Source of the DNA: Gammaproteobacteria bacterium
GTDB taxonomy: Bacteria > Pseudomonadota > Gammaproteobacteria > Tethybacterales > Persebacteraceae
Reading direction: 5' to 3'
Length of the DNA: 64,000 nt
Assembly: GCA_965221835.1 (NCBI GenBank)
Contig: OZ244916.1
Span: forward strand, 654,477-718,476
Position 1 is the first letter of the stretch. Each line of letters begins with the position of its first letter. This document shows, in pieces, positions 9,961-20,398 of this stretch. The notes below the pieces were generated by a model. The model searched no databases and had not been told where the DNA came from. It was given only the letters and a program-made list of their open reading frames with translations. Made by a program: the position numbers and the translations under genes.

Positions 9961-10658
9961 CGCCGGCACTCCGCTTTTGCTTTGGACGGCGCACGCCAGA
10001 ACGGAATGCGGCGATGACGCAAACGCCGAATCATTCGCATCCCGCAAGTATATTTTGTCGCGCTTAAAATATAAACGCCGCCGGCAAGCGGCCACCATCG
10101 CCGTCCGGCTTTTTCCATCCAGCCGAACCATTTACGATGACGGCGGCGATGCGGCGGCATAAACGCCGCGAATTGTCCTTCTTCGGCGGATAAATTCAAC
10201 AGCGTCAACCAATCTTTAACGCGCATCAGCGAAATCCAGTTTTTGCGCCACGGCATTACCGAAATCCGCGCACCCAACAAACTCCACGGATTGAATCCTA
10301 TAACCAACAGCCGCCCGTGCGGACGCAACACCCGCGCCGCTTCGCGCAATACTTCGTGCGGCGCACCGGATGCTTCCAAAGCGTGCGCAAGAACGATGCA
10401 ATCTACCGATTCCGCGGCAAACGGCAATGCCGTCCAGTCGGCGACAATGCTGCAATCGCGATTGACGCCGACAATCGCATGACTGCGCACCGGCACGCGC
10501 AAAATGCGGCGGCGATAACCGAGTTGCAACGCATAAAATCCGAACACTTCGCCGCTCATCATCCGGCAGCAACGCATTTCTTGCGCCATTATGCCGCGCC
10601 CGAATTCGGACGCGAACCAGTTTTCGGATTTGTTTTCGCCGGCGGATTGTATTAACAT
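9957..10658 (-). CDS. Class I SAM-dependent methyltransferase. The start is uncertain: M1 at 10658 or M24 at 10589.
   Basis: The translation contains a VLDLACGTG-like methyltransferase type 11 region ([23 protein letters not shown]...[11 protein letters not shown]). It sits downstream of rnhA, as in other Neisseria genomes. Confidence 0.7.
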   Translation of the reverse strand: MLIQSAGENKSENWFASEFGRGIMAQEMRCCRMMSGEVFGFYALQLGYRRRILRVPVRSHAIVGVNRDCSIVADWTALPFAAESVDCIVLAHALEASGAPHEVLREAARVLRPHGRLLVIGFNPWSLLGARISVMPWRKNWISLMRVKDWLTLLNLSAEEGQFAAFMPPHRRRHRKWFGWMEKAGRRWWPLAGGVYILSATKYTCGMRMIRRLRHRRIPFWRAPSKAKAECRR

Positions 10659-10665
10659 TTACGGG

Positions 10666-11427
10666 ATGAGTTTTGACATACAAATTATTAACGCGTTTGC
10701 CGACAATTATATCTATTTGACGGCGGCGAACGGTAAAACCGTCGTCGTAGACCCCGGCGATGCGGATGCGGTATCGGATTCGTTGCCCGCACAAACGGCG
10801 TTGGAAGCGATTCTTCTCACCCATTCGCATGCCGACCACATCGGCGGTGTGCGGACGTTGATGCGGCGTTTTCCGTCTGCGAAACTATACGCCGCCGAAG
10901 AATGCGGTTTCGCCGCAGCCAGAATCTGCGCAGAAGGTGCGCAAATCGCGTTATTGAACGGCGCGCTTAATCTTGCGACAATGGAAACGCCCGGGCATAC
11001 CGCCGGGCATATTTCGTTTTACGGCAGCGGCGTTTTATTTTGCGGCGATGTTATGTTTGCCTGCGGTTGCGGCAGATTGTTGGGCGGTACGGCGGCGCAA
11101 ATGCAAAACTCTCTCGCCCGTTTCGCCGCCCTGCCCGCCGACACGAAAGTTTATTGCGGACACGAATATACGCTTGCAAATATCGCCTTTGCGCGGGCGG
11201 CGGATTGCGAAAACGCCGCTTTGCGCGAACGGCAAAAAATCGCCGAAAACTTGCGCGCCCGCCGATTGCCGACAATCCCTTTCACCATCGCCGAAGAGTT
11301 GGAAACTAATCCGTTTTTGCGTTTGGATTCGCCCGCCGTCATCGCCGCCGCCCGCGCCCGAAATCCCGCCGCCGCCGACAAAACCGCCCTTTTCGCCGCT
11401 TTGCGAGAATGGAAAGACGATTTTTAA
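10666..11427 (+). CDS. gloB: Hydroxyacylglutathione hydrolase (glyoxalase II).
   Basis: The translation begins MSFDIQIINAFADNYIYL and contains THSHADHIGG and GHEYT motifs. The start is placed at the internal ATG at 10666. Confidence 0.85.
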   Translation: MSFDIQIINAFADNYIYLTAANGKTVVVDPGDADAVSDSLPAQTALEAILLTHSHADHIGGVRTLMRRFPSAKLYAAEECGFAAARICAEGAQIALLNGALNLATMETPGHTAGHISFYGSGVLFCGDVMFACGCGRLLGGTAAQMQNSLARFAALPADTKVYCGHEYTLANIAFARAADCENAALRERQKIAENLRARRLPTIPFTIAEELETNPFLRLDSPAVIAAARARNPAAADKTALFAALREWKDDF

Positions 11428-11543
11428 GAAGGTGCAACAAAATACTGAATAATGGATATTTGTCGGAGAAGGGCAATATGGTTTATGGGCTGTGGCAGAT
11501 AAGAACCATCTTGCATTAAATAAGAATCGGCGGCGGCAGAATG

Positions 11544-11582
11544 ACAAAAACCGGCGGGGATTCCGTTTCCCCGCCGTTTTTT
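11544..11582. terminator. Intrinsic terminator hairpin, CCGGCGGGGATTCCGTTTCCCCGCCG followed by T6. An identical copy is present at 23668-23714.
   Basis: An 8-9 bp GC-rich stem with a U-tract lies downstream of gloB. A 39-bp identical sequence recurs about 12 kb away. Confidence 0.7.
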
Positions 11583-11738
11583 ATGGGAATTCGGCGCGCT
11601 GTGGAATTCGCAACTTCGGCGATAAACGGCGGCGGGAAAATCCGCAACTGCGGCGAAAGTTTATTCTCGGAAGCGAACGCGGGAATGGAAAAAAGCGGCA
11701 ATTTTTTCGGTTTGCGGTCTTTGCGCTATAATTGACGG

Positions 11739-12251
11739 ATGCAAAAAAATATGTCCGAAATGCGCGCGCGATTTCGCCGCTATCTATCTTCGCTTTTGCT
11801 TGCAGAATTGTGCCGGGGAATGGCGCTGACTTTCCGGCAGATGTTCCGCCGCAAAATCACCGTGCATTTTCCCGAAGAAAAAACACCGCGCAGCCCCCGA
11901 TTTCGCGGACTGCACGCCTTGCGCCGCTATCCGAACGGCGAAGAACGATGCATCGCTTGCAAATTGTGCGAGGCGGTTTGTCCGGCGATGGCGATTCATA
12001 TCGCTTCCGAACAACGCGAAGACGGCAGCCGCCGCACTACTCAGTACGACATTGATTTAACCAAATGCATTTTTTGCGGAATGTGCGAAGAGGCGTGTCC
12101 CGTTGATGCAATTGTAGAAACGCATGTTTTGGAATATCACGGCGAACGGCGCGGCGATTTGTACTACACAAAAGAAATGCTGCTCGCCGTGGGCGATAAA
12201 TACGAAGCGGAAATCGCTTCCGCCCGCAAAACCGATGCCGCTTATCGCTAA
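11739..12251 (+). CDS. nuoI: NADH-quinone oxidoreductase subunit I (2x[4Fe-4S] ferredoxin). It is isolated from any nuo operon.
   Basis: The translation contains [31 protein letters not shown] and [18 protein letters not shown], and is near-identical to NuoI over its full length. A TATAAT box lies about 20 bp upstream. Confidence 0.85.
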   Translation: MQKNMSEMRARFRRYLSSLLLAELCRGMALTFRQMFRRKITVHFPEEKTPRSPRFRGLHALRRYPNGEERCIACKLCEAVCPAMAIHIASEQREDGSRRTTQYDIDLTKCIFCGMCEEACPVDAIVETHVLEYHGERRGDLYYTKEMLLAVGDKYEAEIASARKTDAAYR

Positions 12252-14418
12252 ACTTTTCCGCGCAACGGCGGCGGCGATTGTTCTCGGCATATTGTCGCCA
12301 TCTTTCGCCGAACCCGTCTCGGCGTATTCGCCGGAAAAAGAAATAGAAGAATTGGAACAGCGGTTTGTGCGCCAAGAAATTCTCGCCTTGCAGCGGGTGG
12401 AAGATGTGGAAACGCGGATTGAAATATTGGACCGCCATTTCAATCGCGTTTTTTTGATTTTGGGATTATCGGCGGCACTTGCGTTGATGCTTTTCGCCGC
12501 CCATCAACGCAGTCGCAATCGCTTAAATACCGAACGCTTAAATCGTGCCGTGCGCGAAGCCGATATGTTGCGAGACGATATTCGCCGCGAATTGCATCGC
12601 CCGGAAACGGAGTTTTTGCGCATCGGACATTTTTTGCGAAGAATGATGCGCGAATCGCTGGACGCCAAACCCGCCGAACGACATTTTTCGGAAATTCGTG
12701 CCATTATTCGCGACCCTAATGTGCCGGTGTCGCTGCATTATATGGCGCAAATTTTGCTTTTTGAACACGATTCGCGTTGGCGAGATGCCGAACATGTTTT
12801 GGAACAACTTCGGCAAATGGATCCCGAAGATCCTTTCGTACTTTTGCATTTATTTCATGTACATACCCGCATTTCCGAAGGTTCGGGCGATTCGTACGAC
12901 CGCAAACGCCATCGTCAAACCGCAAATCAATACTACGCCCAATTTGCAGTTATCGCGCAAACAAAAGACATTCCCGCCTCTCCGGCAACGGCGAAAAAAT
13001 CCCCGCCCGCCCCGAAAACGCCGCCCCCGGCAATTGCCGCCGCCGAATCCGAATCCGAAAACGCTTCCAAAACTGCCGAAAACGATTCCGAATTTGATTC
13101 CGAATCCGCCGCCGAAAACATTACCAAAAACGCCGCTGAATCCAAATCCAAATCCGCCGCCGAATCCGAATCCAAATCCGCCGCCGAATCCGAATCCGAA
13201 TCTGCATCCAAAATTGCCGAAAACGTTTCTGAATCTGATTCCGAATCCGTTGCCAAATCCGCCGCCGAATCTAAATCCAAAACTTCCGAAAACGTTTCTG
13301 AATCTGATTCCGAAAACATTGTCAAAAACGCCGCTGAATCCGAATCCAAATCCGCCGCCGAATCTAAATCCAAAACTTCCGAAAACGTTTCTGAATCTGA
13401 TTCCGAATCTGCTTCCGAAAACATTGTCAAAAACGCTGTTGAATCTGAATCCAAAACTTCCGAAAATGTTTCTGAATCTGATTCCGAAAACATTGCCGAA
13501 AACGTTTCTGAATCTGAATCCAAAACTTCCGAAAAAGATTCCGAAAACGATTCTGAATCTGAATCCGAATCTGGTGCGGAAGTGCAAACGAATATTTCCA
13601 AACCGCAATCGGAAATTGTGCATACAAAACCCGCGCAATCGCCGCCGGTTAAAACCGAATTCGCTCCTCCTCAAATTGTACCGCCCAAACCGCCGAAAAC
13701 GGCGGAAACAAAGCCCGCTCCGAAAATGCCGCCGTCATTGCCGTCCGCCGCAAACGGCAAAAAACGTCCCGCCGAAAATTTATTAATGAAAAAAATCGGC
13801 AAACTATCATGGCGGGGAATCGGCGGCGCAATCAAAAACAAAACCGTCAATTTAATCGGCGAAGCAACGAATGTTGCCGGAAAAATTAACAACGGCGCGA
13901 ACGGCGACATCCCGCCGTTTTTGCCGGTGCCCGCAATTTCCGAATTGCCGGAAAAAAAAGGAACGGCAGAAAGCGAAATGTGGAAATGCATTCGCGCCGG
14001 TGATTTGGCAATGGCGCAAGCCGCCGCAGTTGCGAATATGCGTCATCGCAATCGTTTGATAGACCGCGCGTTAATTTCTTATGCGCAAGCGCAAGGACAC
14101 AAAACTAACGAAACTTTGTATTTGAATTGGGGATTGTCTTTGCTCGGCAAGGCGTTGCATTTGCCGCTCAAAAAACGCGAACCATTTTTTAATGCCGCCA
14201 TAGATAAATTTTTGGCGGGCAATGTTATCAGTCCGCACCGTTTTGATTTTTCGCTGGCGACTTTATACGCTATCATCGGGCGCGAAACCGAGTGCAAACA
14301 ATGGCTTGCCACAGCGCGCGAATCGGGAACGCTGAATTTGGAATCGTTGCATCATGCGCCCGATTTTGACGGCGTGCGCAATCAGCCGTGGTTTGCCGAA
14401 TTCATGCGCGACGAATGA
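12235..14418 (+). CDS. Hypothetical membrane protein. It has an N-terminal signal/anchor, a coiled coil, a second transmembrane segment, an acidic Ser/Glu-rich tandem-repeat region, a Pro/Lys-rich linker and a C-terminal helical (TPR-like) domain.
   Basis: The 727-aa reading starts at the ATG at 12235, overlapping the nuoI end. Hydrophobic segments [14 protein letters not shown] and [18 protein letters not shown] are present. Repeats of the form [31 protein letters not shown] recur. A proline-rich stretch, [28 protein letters not shown], follows. Confidence 0.6.
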   Translation: MPLIAKLFRATAAAIVLGILSPSFAEPVSAYSPEKEIEELEQRFVRQEILALQRVEDVETRIEILDRHFNRVFLILGLSAALALMLFAAHQRSRNRLNTERLNRAVREADMLRDDIRRELHRPETEFLRIGHFLRRMMRESLDAKPAERHFSEIRAIIRDPNVPVSLHYMAQILLFEHDSRWRDAEHVLEQLRQMDPEDPFVLLHLFHVHTRISEGSGDSYDRKRHRQTANQYYAQFAVIAQTKDIPASPATAKKSPPAPKTPPPAIAAAESESENASKTAENDSEFDSESAAENITKNAAESKSKSAAESESKSAAESESESASKIAENVSESDSESVAKSAAESKSKTSENVSESDSENIVKNAAESESKSAAESKSKTSENVSESDSESASENIVKNAVESESKTSENVSESDSENIAENVSESESKTSEKDSENDSESESESGAEVQTNISKPQSEIVHTKPAQSPPVKTEFAPPQIVPPKPPKTAETKPAPKMPPSLPSAANGKKRPAENLLMKKIGKLSWRGIGGAIKNKTVNLIGEATNVAGKINNGANGDIPPFLPVPAISELPEKKGTAESEMWKCIRAGDLAMAQAAAVANMRHRNRLIDRALISYAQAQGHKTNETLYLNWGLSLLGKALHLPLKKREPFFNAAIDKFLAGNVISPHRFDFSLATLYAIIGRETECKQWLATARESGTLNLESLHHAPDFDGVRNQPWFAEFMRDE
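13020..13600 (+). repeat. Imperfect in-frame tandem repeats of roughly 69-bp units, encoding Ser/Glu/Lys-rich acidic repeats.
   Basis: The motif gaatc(c/t)gaatccaaa(a/t)c... recurs many times. Antisense and alternative-frame ORFs here are artefacts of this repeat: 12698-13786 (PNPNPP-rich) and 12850-13674 (GFGFGG-rich). Confidence 0.8.
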
Positions 14419-16046
14419 TTCCTTCCGTTTTTATTGCGCAACGCGATTATCCGGTCGGCGCGCTCGCCCGAAATCGTTGCGCTATTTTGGCGGCGGCACA
14501 ACAAGCGCAAAAAAACGATGCATGCGCAGCGCTTACGCCGGAACTCGCGTTGACCGGCTATTGCCCGGACGATATGCTTTTTGATTCTTCGTTTATGGAT
14601 GCGGTGGAACGCGAGTTTGAAATACTCGCCGCGGAAGTGCCGCCGCTGCCGCTGATTGTCGGATTGCCGTGGCGCGAAGATGGAAAATTGTACGGCGCGG
14701 CGGCGTTGTTGCAAAACGGGCGCGTTGAATTTGTTTACAAAAAAACGCGTTTGCCGAACGAATCGGTATTTGACGAACGGCGATATTTTACCGCCGGAAA
14801 CGAATCGCCGCCGTGTTTTGAATCGGGCGGCGTAAAATTCGCTGTGCAAATTTGCGCCGATGTGTGGGATGTTTCGCAAGGTGCGCGAGTCGCCGAATGC
14901 GGCGCCGATTTTGTATTGTCGCCGAATGCCTCGCCGTTTCATCTCGGCAAACACGCCGAACGATTGCGCGCCGCCCGCGCATTTGTTGCCGCCGCCCGCG
15001 CCGGTTTATTTTATTGCAATTCGGTCGGCGGACAAGACGAATTGGTGTTTGACGGCGCATCTTTTTTTATGGACAAAGACGGCGCGGTGCAACGACAATC
15101 GCCCGCATTTGCGGCGGATGATGGCGGCGACAACATCGCGCAATATCCGGATGACGACGAGGCGGCGTATTCCGCATTGGTGACGGGACTTCGCGATTAT
15201 GCCGCTGCCGCCGGATTTCGCGGCGCGGTGTTCGGATTGTCGGGCGGAATCGATTCGGCATTAACCGCGGCGATTGCAGCAGACGCCCTCGGCGCAAAAA
15301 ACTTGCTGGCGGTGATGATGCCCTCCCCCCATACTTCCGCCGCGAGTTTGCAAGACGCCGCTGCAATCGCCTCCAATCTCGGTCTGGAATTGTTGACGAT
15401 TCCGATAAATCCGCTGATGGAATCGTTTGCCGCCGCGTTGTCGCCGCATTTGCAAACGCGAGACGGCGACATAACGCACGAAAATATACAAGCGCGTCTG
15501 CGCGGAATGTTGCTGATGGCGTTGTCCAACAATCGCGGATTGTTGACTCTCGCAACCGGCAACAAAAGCGAACTCGCTTGCGGTTACGCGACTTTATACG
15601 GCGACATGTGTGGCGGTTTTGCGCCGCTGAAAGATGTTGTCAAAACGCGCGTGTGGACGCTTTCGCGTTATCGCAACCGGCGCGGCGAAGTCATTCCCGC
15701 GCGCGTTATTTCCCGCGCCCCGTCCGCCGAATTGCGCGACAACCAAACCGACCAACAAACATTGCCGCCGTACGAAACGATAGATGCCGCCATCGCCGCG
15801 CATGTGGAAAACGGTGCGCCTTTTGGCGAATGGACTCGCGCGGCGGGTGCGCAAACGGCGCGACAATTTTTAACTCTTCTCGCGGCGGGCGAACATAAAC
15901 GGCGGCAAGGCGCGCCGGGACCAAAAATTACATCCCGCGCATTCGGACGCGATTGGCGAATGCCGATTGCGAATCGTTTTCGTTATCCGTTGCAAAACGA
16001 GTCGCCGAACGCGGCGAATGAAAACAATGCCGACAATGTCGATTGA
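14415..16046 (+). CDS. nadE: Glutamine-dependent NAD+ synthetase, with an N-terminal CN-hydrolase domain.
   Basis: The translation contains a GLSGGIDSALTAAIA PP-loop and an N-terminal nitrilase-like domain. The start is the ATG inside ATGA overlapping the upstream stop. Confidence 0.9.
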   Translation: MIPSVFIAQRDYPVGALARNRCAILAAAQQAQKNDACAALTPELALTGYCPDDMLFDSSFMDAVEREFEILAAEVPPLPLIVGLPWREDGKLYGAAALLQNGRVEFVYKKTRLPNESVFDERRYFTAGNESPPCFESGGVKFAVQICADVWDVSQGARVAECGADFVLSPNASPFHLGKHAERLRAARAFVAAARAGLFYCNSVGGQDELVFDGASFFMDKDGAVQRQSPAFAADDGGDNIAQYPDDDEAAYSALVTGLRDYAAAAGFRGAVFGLSGGIDSALTAAIAADALGAKNLLAVMMPSPHTSAASLQDAAAIASNLGLELLTIPINPLMESFAAALSPHLQTRDGDITHENIQARLRGMLLMALSNNRGLLTLATGNKSELACGYATLYGDMCGGFAPLKDVVKTRVWTLSRYRNRRGEVIPARVISRAPSAELRDNQTDQQTLPPYETIDAAIAAHVENGAPFGEWTRAAGAQTARQFLTLLAAGEHKRRQGAPGPKITSRAFGRDWRMPIANRFRYPLQNESPNAANENNADNVD

Positions 16047-16488
16047 ACGCGCCGCAAAAACACCCGCCGCTGCCGCCGCCATGGCGCGCCGATTTGCGCG
16101 TGCATTGCCGCCGCCGCCGATGCATTTGCATTTGCGCGGCGAGTTGGGAGCGGGCAAAACATTGTGGGCGCGCGCCGTCATTAAAGAATTGGGCGGCGGG
16201 CATGCGCCGAGTCCGAGTTATGCAACGGCGTTGTCTTACCCATCGCCGAAAATGCCGGTGCATCATTTAGATTTATTTCGTCTGCCGCCGCATTCGTTGT
16301 TGCCCGGCGAGTTGTCGGAGTTGCTTGGCGAAAATGCGTTGTGCATTGTGGAATGGCCGGAACGGGCGGCGGATTTACCGGCGGCGGATGTGGAAGTGCA
16401 TTTCCATTTCGCCCCTGCGGGTAGACGGCTGATTTTTACCGCCGCCGGAGAACGGGGAGAAAAATGTTTGCGCGCTTTTTTACGTTGA
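16018..16488 (+). CDS. tsaE: tRNA threonylcarbamoyladenosine biosynthesis ATPase TsaE (YjeE).
   Basis: The translation contains the P-loop GELGAGKT and is about 156 aa. It precedes amiC-mutL-miaA, as in the conserved operon. Confidence 0.8.
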   Translation: MKTMPTMSIERAAKTPAAAAAMARRFARALPPPPMHLHLRGELGAGKTLWARAVIKELGGGHAPSPSYATALSYPSPKMPVHHLDLFRLPPHSLLPGELSELLGENALCIVEWPERAADLPAADVEVHFHFAPAGRRLIFTAAGERGEKCLRAFLR

Positions 16489-17597
16489 TATTGTCGCTTG
16501 TTTTGTTGTCGCCGGTACGCGGCGCAGATTTTGATGCGCGTCTGTGGCCGGCGGCAGACCGAACGCGTCTCGTGATAGAAACATCCGCACAAGTGGAATA
16601 CCGAATTTTAAGTTTGCAAAATCCCGCCCGTTTGGCGGTAGACATTACCGACACAAAAAATAACGCCGATTTTTTGAACGACATTTCGCTGCGAGATGCA
16701 TCTTATTTGGGCGGTTTGCGCGCCGCACGACACGACAACAACACGCTGCGGTTGGTGTTTGACATCGCGGCGAAAATTAATTACGAAGTGCGCGCTATCG
16801 CCCCCGTCGCCGGCTATGCGCATCGTTTGGTAATAGACATTGCGCCGCAAGAATATACAGATCCGTTGCTCGCGCTCATTCGTTCGCTGGAAGAAAAAGA
16901 TCGCGAAGATGTACCGCAGTTTTTGGTACTAATAGATCCCGGACACGGCGGCGAAGATCCCGGTGCGGTCAGCAAAAATAATATTTATGAAAAAGATATT
17001 GTTTTATCTATTTCGCGAAAATTGAAAGAAGAAATTGAACGCCGTCCGGGAATGCGCGCGATATTGACGCGTTCCGAAGATCGTTTTTTGCCGCTTGCAC
17101 AACGAGTGTTAATCGCGCATCGTTTGGAAGCGGACGCTTTTGTATCGGTGCATGCCGATTCGGTTGCATCATCAAAAGCGAGTGGTTCGTCGGTGTTTAT
17201 GTTGTCGCAGCGAGGTGCAAGTTCCAAACTCGCGCAGCGATTGGCACGAGACGCGAATTTGTCCGACATTGTCGGCGGTGCGGCGGACGACCCGCAGTTT
17301 TCCGCCGCCTTGCCCGCTTTTTTTAAGGACGGCAAAGAACGCGCCTCGCGCACGCTTGCGATGTTGCTTGTTAAAGAAATTTCCGCAATTAATAAAATGC
17401 ACAAAAAGGAAGTGGAATCGGCGGGGTTTGCGGTATTAAAATCGCCGTCCATTCCTTCGGTGCTTGTTGAAACTGCTTTCATCAGCAATCCGCACGAAGA
17501 AAAAAAGTTGCGCAACGAATCCTTTCAGCAAAAAATGGCATCCGCCATCGCCGAAGGTTTGGATCAATATCGCCGCTGCTGCGAAGTGAGCGAATAA
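16464..17597 (+). CDS. amiC: N-acetylmuramoyl-L-alanine amidase with an N-terminal AMIN domain and a signal peptide.
   Basis: A signal peptide (MFARFFTLILSLVLLSPVRGADF) is followed by the amidase_3 motifs IDPGHGGEDPGA and VSVHAD. Confidence 0.9.
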   Translation: MFARFFTLILSLVLLSPVRGADFDARLWPAADRTRLVIETSAQVEYRILSLQNPARLAVDITDTKNNADFLNDISLRDASYLGGLRAARHDNNTLRLVFDIAAKINYEVRAIAPVAGYAHRLVIDIAPQEYTDPLLALIRSLEEKDREDVPQFLVLIDPGHGGEDPGAVSKNNIYEKDIVLSISRKLKEEIERRPGMRAILTRSEDRFLPLAQRVLIAHRLEADAFVSVHADSVASSKASGSSVFMLSQRGASSKLAQRLARDANLSDIVGGAADDPQFSAALPAFFKDGKERASRTLAMLLVKEISAINKMHKKEVESAGFAVLKSPSIPSVLVETAFISNPHEEKKLRNESFQQKMASAIAEGLDQYRRCCEVSE

Positions 17598-17600
17598 AAA

Positions 17601-19367
17601 ATGCGGCGGCGCATTAAAACATTGGCGCCTGCGGTCGCGGGAAAAGTCGCCGCCGGCGAAGTCATTGAACGACCGGCATCGGCGTTAAAAGAACTCATGG
17701 AAAACGCGTTGGATGCGCGCGCCGAAAATATTCGCATCCGCATTCGCGATGGCGGAGCGGCGTTGCTGGAAGTGCAAGATGACGGCGAAGGAATCGTTTC
17801 CGAAGATTTGCCTTACGCATTGATGCGACACGCAACAAGCAAAATCGCAAGCGAAGAAGATTTTTGCAAAGTGTCAACTTTCGGATTTCGCGGCGAAGCG
17901 TTGGCATCTTTGGCGGCGGTGTCGGAGTTTTCGCTCGCAAGTCGCACGGCAAATTCACCGCACGGTGCAATCTTTTCGCCGGGCATGAACGCGCCGCGCC
18001 CGCATCCGATGGCGTCCGGCACGATTGTATCGGCGCGCGCGTTATTCGCCGATTTTCCGGGACGGCGACGTTTTTTGCGTTCGCCTGCAACCGAAACCGC
18101 ACACTGCGCAAACGCTGCGACAATCGCCGCATTGTGCGCCCCGCAAACCGCATTCAATTTTAATGTCAACGGGCGCGACCGTTTAACTTTGCCGTCCAAA
18201 CAAACGCCGCAAGAACGTCTCACCGAATTGTTTCCGAAATTGCAAGACAATGTTCGCGAAGTCGCCGAAAATGCAGGCGCGCTATCTTTAAGCGGCGCGA
18301 TATTCGCCCCCCGACTCGGCGCGACCGCCCGCAGCATCGGGCAGTTTTTTTATGTCAACGACCGATTCGTTCGCGACCGTCTTTTGCGGCGCGCGGTATC
18401 AGATGCGTTGCGCGGTATGGCGCATGACGGCGAACCGGGTTATGCGCTTTTTTTGCGTCTTCCGCCCGCGGCGGTGGATGTAAATATGCATCCGGCAAAA
18501 CTGGAAGTGCGATTTATGGAACCGCGCGCGATTTTTGAATTCGTCCGCCGCGGCGCGGCAAAAGCGATGTCCGCACCGCTGGGAGAACCGCTCAATGCGG
18601 AAACATTGCCCGCGTCTTTGCCGCCCGCCGCCGATTCCAAATCGCCCGCATCGCCGTCAAATCCCGCCCCCGCCTTGCATTCGCCGCCGTCTTCTGCTTC
18701 CGCCGCCGCCGAAACATGGCGGCAGATGTTCGGCGATATGTACGCCCCGCCGTCTTCATCCGAATCGTCTTCGTCTCTTTTCGGCGATGCACCGCTCGGA
18801 CGCGCTATCGGACAATTGCACGACATTTACATCATTGCCGAAAACAAAAACGGACTCGTCGTATTGGATATGCACGCCGCACACGAACGAATTTTGTACG
18901 AAGAATTAAAAACCGCATGCGACAATGCGCGCCCGCCGATGCAACGTCTTCTCGCGCCCGTTGCGGTGGCGTTGTCGCCGTTGCAAGCGGCGGCGCTCGC
19001 CGAACACGGCGACAAACTGCCGGGAATCACCGCGGTGTTGCGGGACGATTACACCGCCGAAGTGCGCGAAGTAGCATCCGTCATCGCGCGCACATGCGAC
19101 CCGGCGAGTTTGCTGGCGGAAATATTGGACGCCGTCGCCGAAGCCGCAACAGGCGACCGGGCGCAAGTGTTGCGCGATGCCGCATTGTCGTCGGTCGCAT
19201 GTCATGCGGCGGTGCGGGCGAATCGCCGTTTGTCGCTGGACGAAATGAATGCGCTATTGCGGCGAATGGAAGAAACGGAACGGTCAGGCACATGCAATCA
19301 CGGTCGTCCGTGCTGGCAAAATATCGGGCGCAACTATTTTGACCGGATTTTCCGGCGCGGACGATGA
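17601..19367 (+). CDS. mutL: DNA mismatch repair protein MutL.
   Basis: The translation has an N-terminal GHKL ATPase (VAAGEVIERPASALKELMENALDA) and a C-terminal dimerisation region. It is 588 aa. Confidence 0.9.
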   Translation: MRRRIKTLAPAVAGKVAAGEVIERPASALKELMENALDARAENIRIRIRDGGAALLEVQDDGEGIVSEDLPYALMRHATSKIASEEDFCKVSTFGFRGEALASLAAVSEFSLASRTANSPHGAIFSPGMNAPRPHPMASGTIVSARALFADFPGRRRFLRSPATETAHCANAATIAALCAPQTAFNFNVNGRDRLTLPSKQTPQERLTELFPKLQDNVREVAENAGALSLSGAIFAPRLGATARSIGQFFYVNDRFVRDRLLRRAVSDALRGMAHDGEPGYALFLRLPPAAVDVNMHPAKLEVRFMEPRAIFEFVRRGAAKAMSAPLGEPLNAETLPASLPPAADSKSPASPSNPAPALHSPPSSASAAAETWRQMFGDMYAPPSSSESSSSLFGDAPLGRAIGQLHDIYIIAENKNGLVVLDMHAAHERILYEELKTACDNARPPMQRLLAPVAVALSPLQAAALAEHGDKLPGITAVLRDDYTAEVREVASVIARTCDPASLLAEILDAVAEAATGDRAQVLRDAALSSVACHAAVRANRRLSLDEMNALLRRMEETERSGTCNHGRPCWQNIGRNYFDRIFRRGR

Positions 19368-20290
19368 TTCGCGCGCTGGCGCTCGCCGGTCCGACAGCAT
19401 GCGGCAAAAGCGCGTTCGCGCCGACTCTCGCCGCCGCATTCGGCGGAGAAATTATCAGCGTCGATTCGGGCGCGGTCTATCGCGAAATGGATATCGGCAC
19501 CGCAAAACCGCCCGCCGAATTGCGCGCGCGTCTGCCGCATCATTTGGTGGATGTGTGCGCGCCGGACGAACCGTTTAATGTCGGAATGTTTTGTCGTCTC
19601 GCAACGGCGGCGGCGAAAGAAGTTTGCGCGCGCGGTGATGTACCGATTTTTGTCGGCGGCGCGATGATGTATTTTAATGCGCTCGTTCGCGGACTGCACG
19701 ATTTTCCCGAAATAACCGCCGAAATCCGCGACACCGTGCGCGAAATGATGCGACAAAACGGCGCGCCCGCAATGCATCAAAAATTGGCGGCGTTAGATTC
19801 GCGGGCGGCAGAAAAAATTCTCATCACCGATTCGCAGCGAATCGCGCGCGCGATGGAAATCGCAATGCAAACGCGCCGTTCGCCATCCGATTTTATCGCA
19901 GGCGCAACACCGCCGCCGCAACTAAATTTAACTTTCGTTTTTTTGTCGCCCGCAAATCGCACACCGTTGCGCGATTCTATCGCCGCACGACTCGCGCAAA
20001 TGTGGACGAACGGACTCGTCGACGAAACCGAACAGGTAATGCGCAAATACAAACTACCGCCGCAATCGCCGCCGTTGCGAATGGCGGGCTATCGTCAAGC
20101 GGCGGCGTTTTTGCGCGGCGAAACAAGCGAAAGCGAAATGCGCGAACACGCCCTTTTCGCCACCCGCCAACTCGCCAAGCGACAAATGACATGGATTCGC
20201 AACTGGAAAACCCCCGCCACAATCATCGACCCGTTCACACCAAACTCCGAAAAACAAATCCTCTCCGCATTTCACAAATTTTCAGATTAA
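19364..20290 (+). CDS. miaA: tRNA dimethylallyltransferase.
   Basis: The translation begins MIRALALAGPTACGKSAFA (P-loop). It overlaps the mutL stop by 4 bp. Confidence 0.9.
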   Translation: MIRALALAGPTACGKSAFAPTLAAAFGGEIISVDSGAVYREMDIGTAKPPAELRARLPHHLVDVCAPDEPFNVGMFCRLATAAAKEVCARGDVPIFVGGAMMYFNALVRGLHDFPEITAEIRDTVREMMRQNGAPAMHQKLAALDSRAAEKILITDSQRIARAMEIAMQTRRSPSDFIAGATPPPQLNLTFVFLSPANRTPLRDSIAARLAQMWTNGLVDETEQVMRKYKLPPQSPPLRMAGYRQAAAFLRGETSESEMREHALFATRQLAKRQMTWIRNWKTPATIIDPFTPNSEKQILSAFHKFSD

Positions 20291-20398
20291 TAAAAAATTT
20301 TAAATTAACGAAATTTTATTTATTTCGCCAAAGCGAACCGTTTTTATGATTTTGCAAAATCGGTTAAAATAGTGTTTTTACTTTTCGGAGAAATATCA

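Noticed and set aside
8849-9994. The 381-aa ORF, considered as an extended DnaQ.
   Set aside because: The N-terminal 156 aa are low-complexity Arg-rich sequence overlapping rnhA in another frame. DnaQ begins at the conserved [12 protein letters not shown] (ATG at 9526).
11461-11520. A 13-codon mini-ORF (MVYGLWQIRTILH) in the gloB-nuoI intergenic region.
   Set aside because: It is too short, with no RBS or conservation evidence. The region is better explained as terminator plus promoter.
12698-13786. Long alternative-frame and antisense ORFs (PNPNPP-rich 362 aa; GFGFGG-rich 274 aa; SDSESF-rich 222 aa) across 12698-13786.
   Set aside because: These are translation artefacts of the 69-bp tandem-repeat DNA in other frames and strands. 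The sense frame belongs to the 12235-14418 gene, which has a signal peptide and coherent flanking domains.
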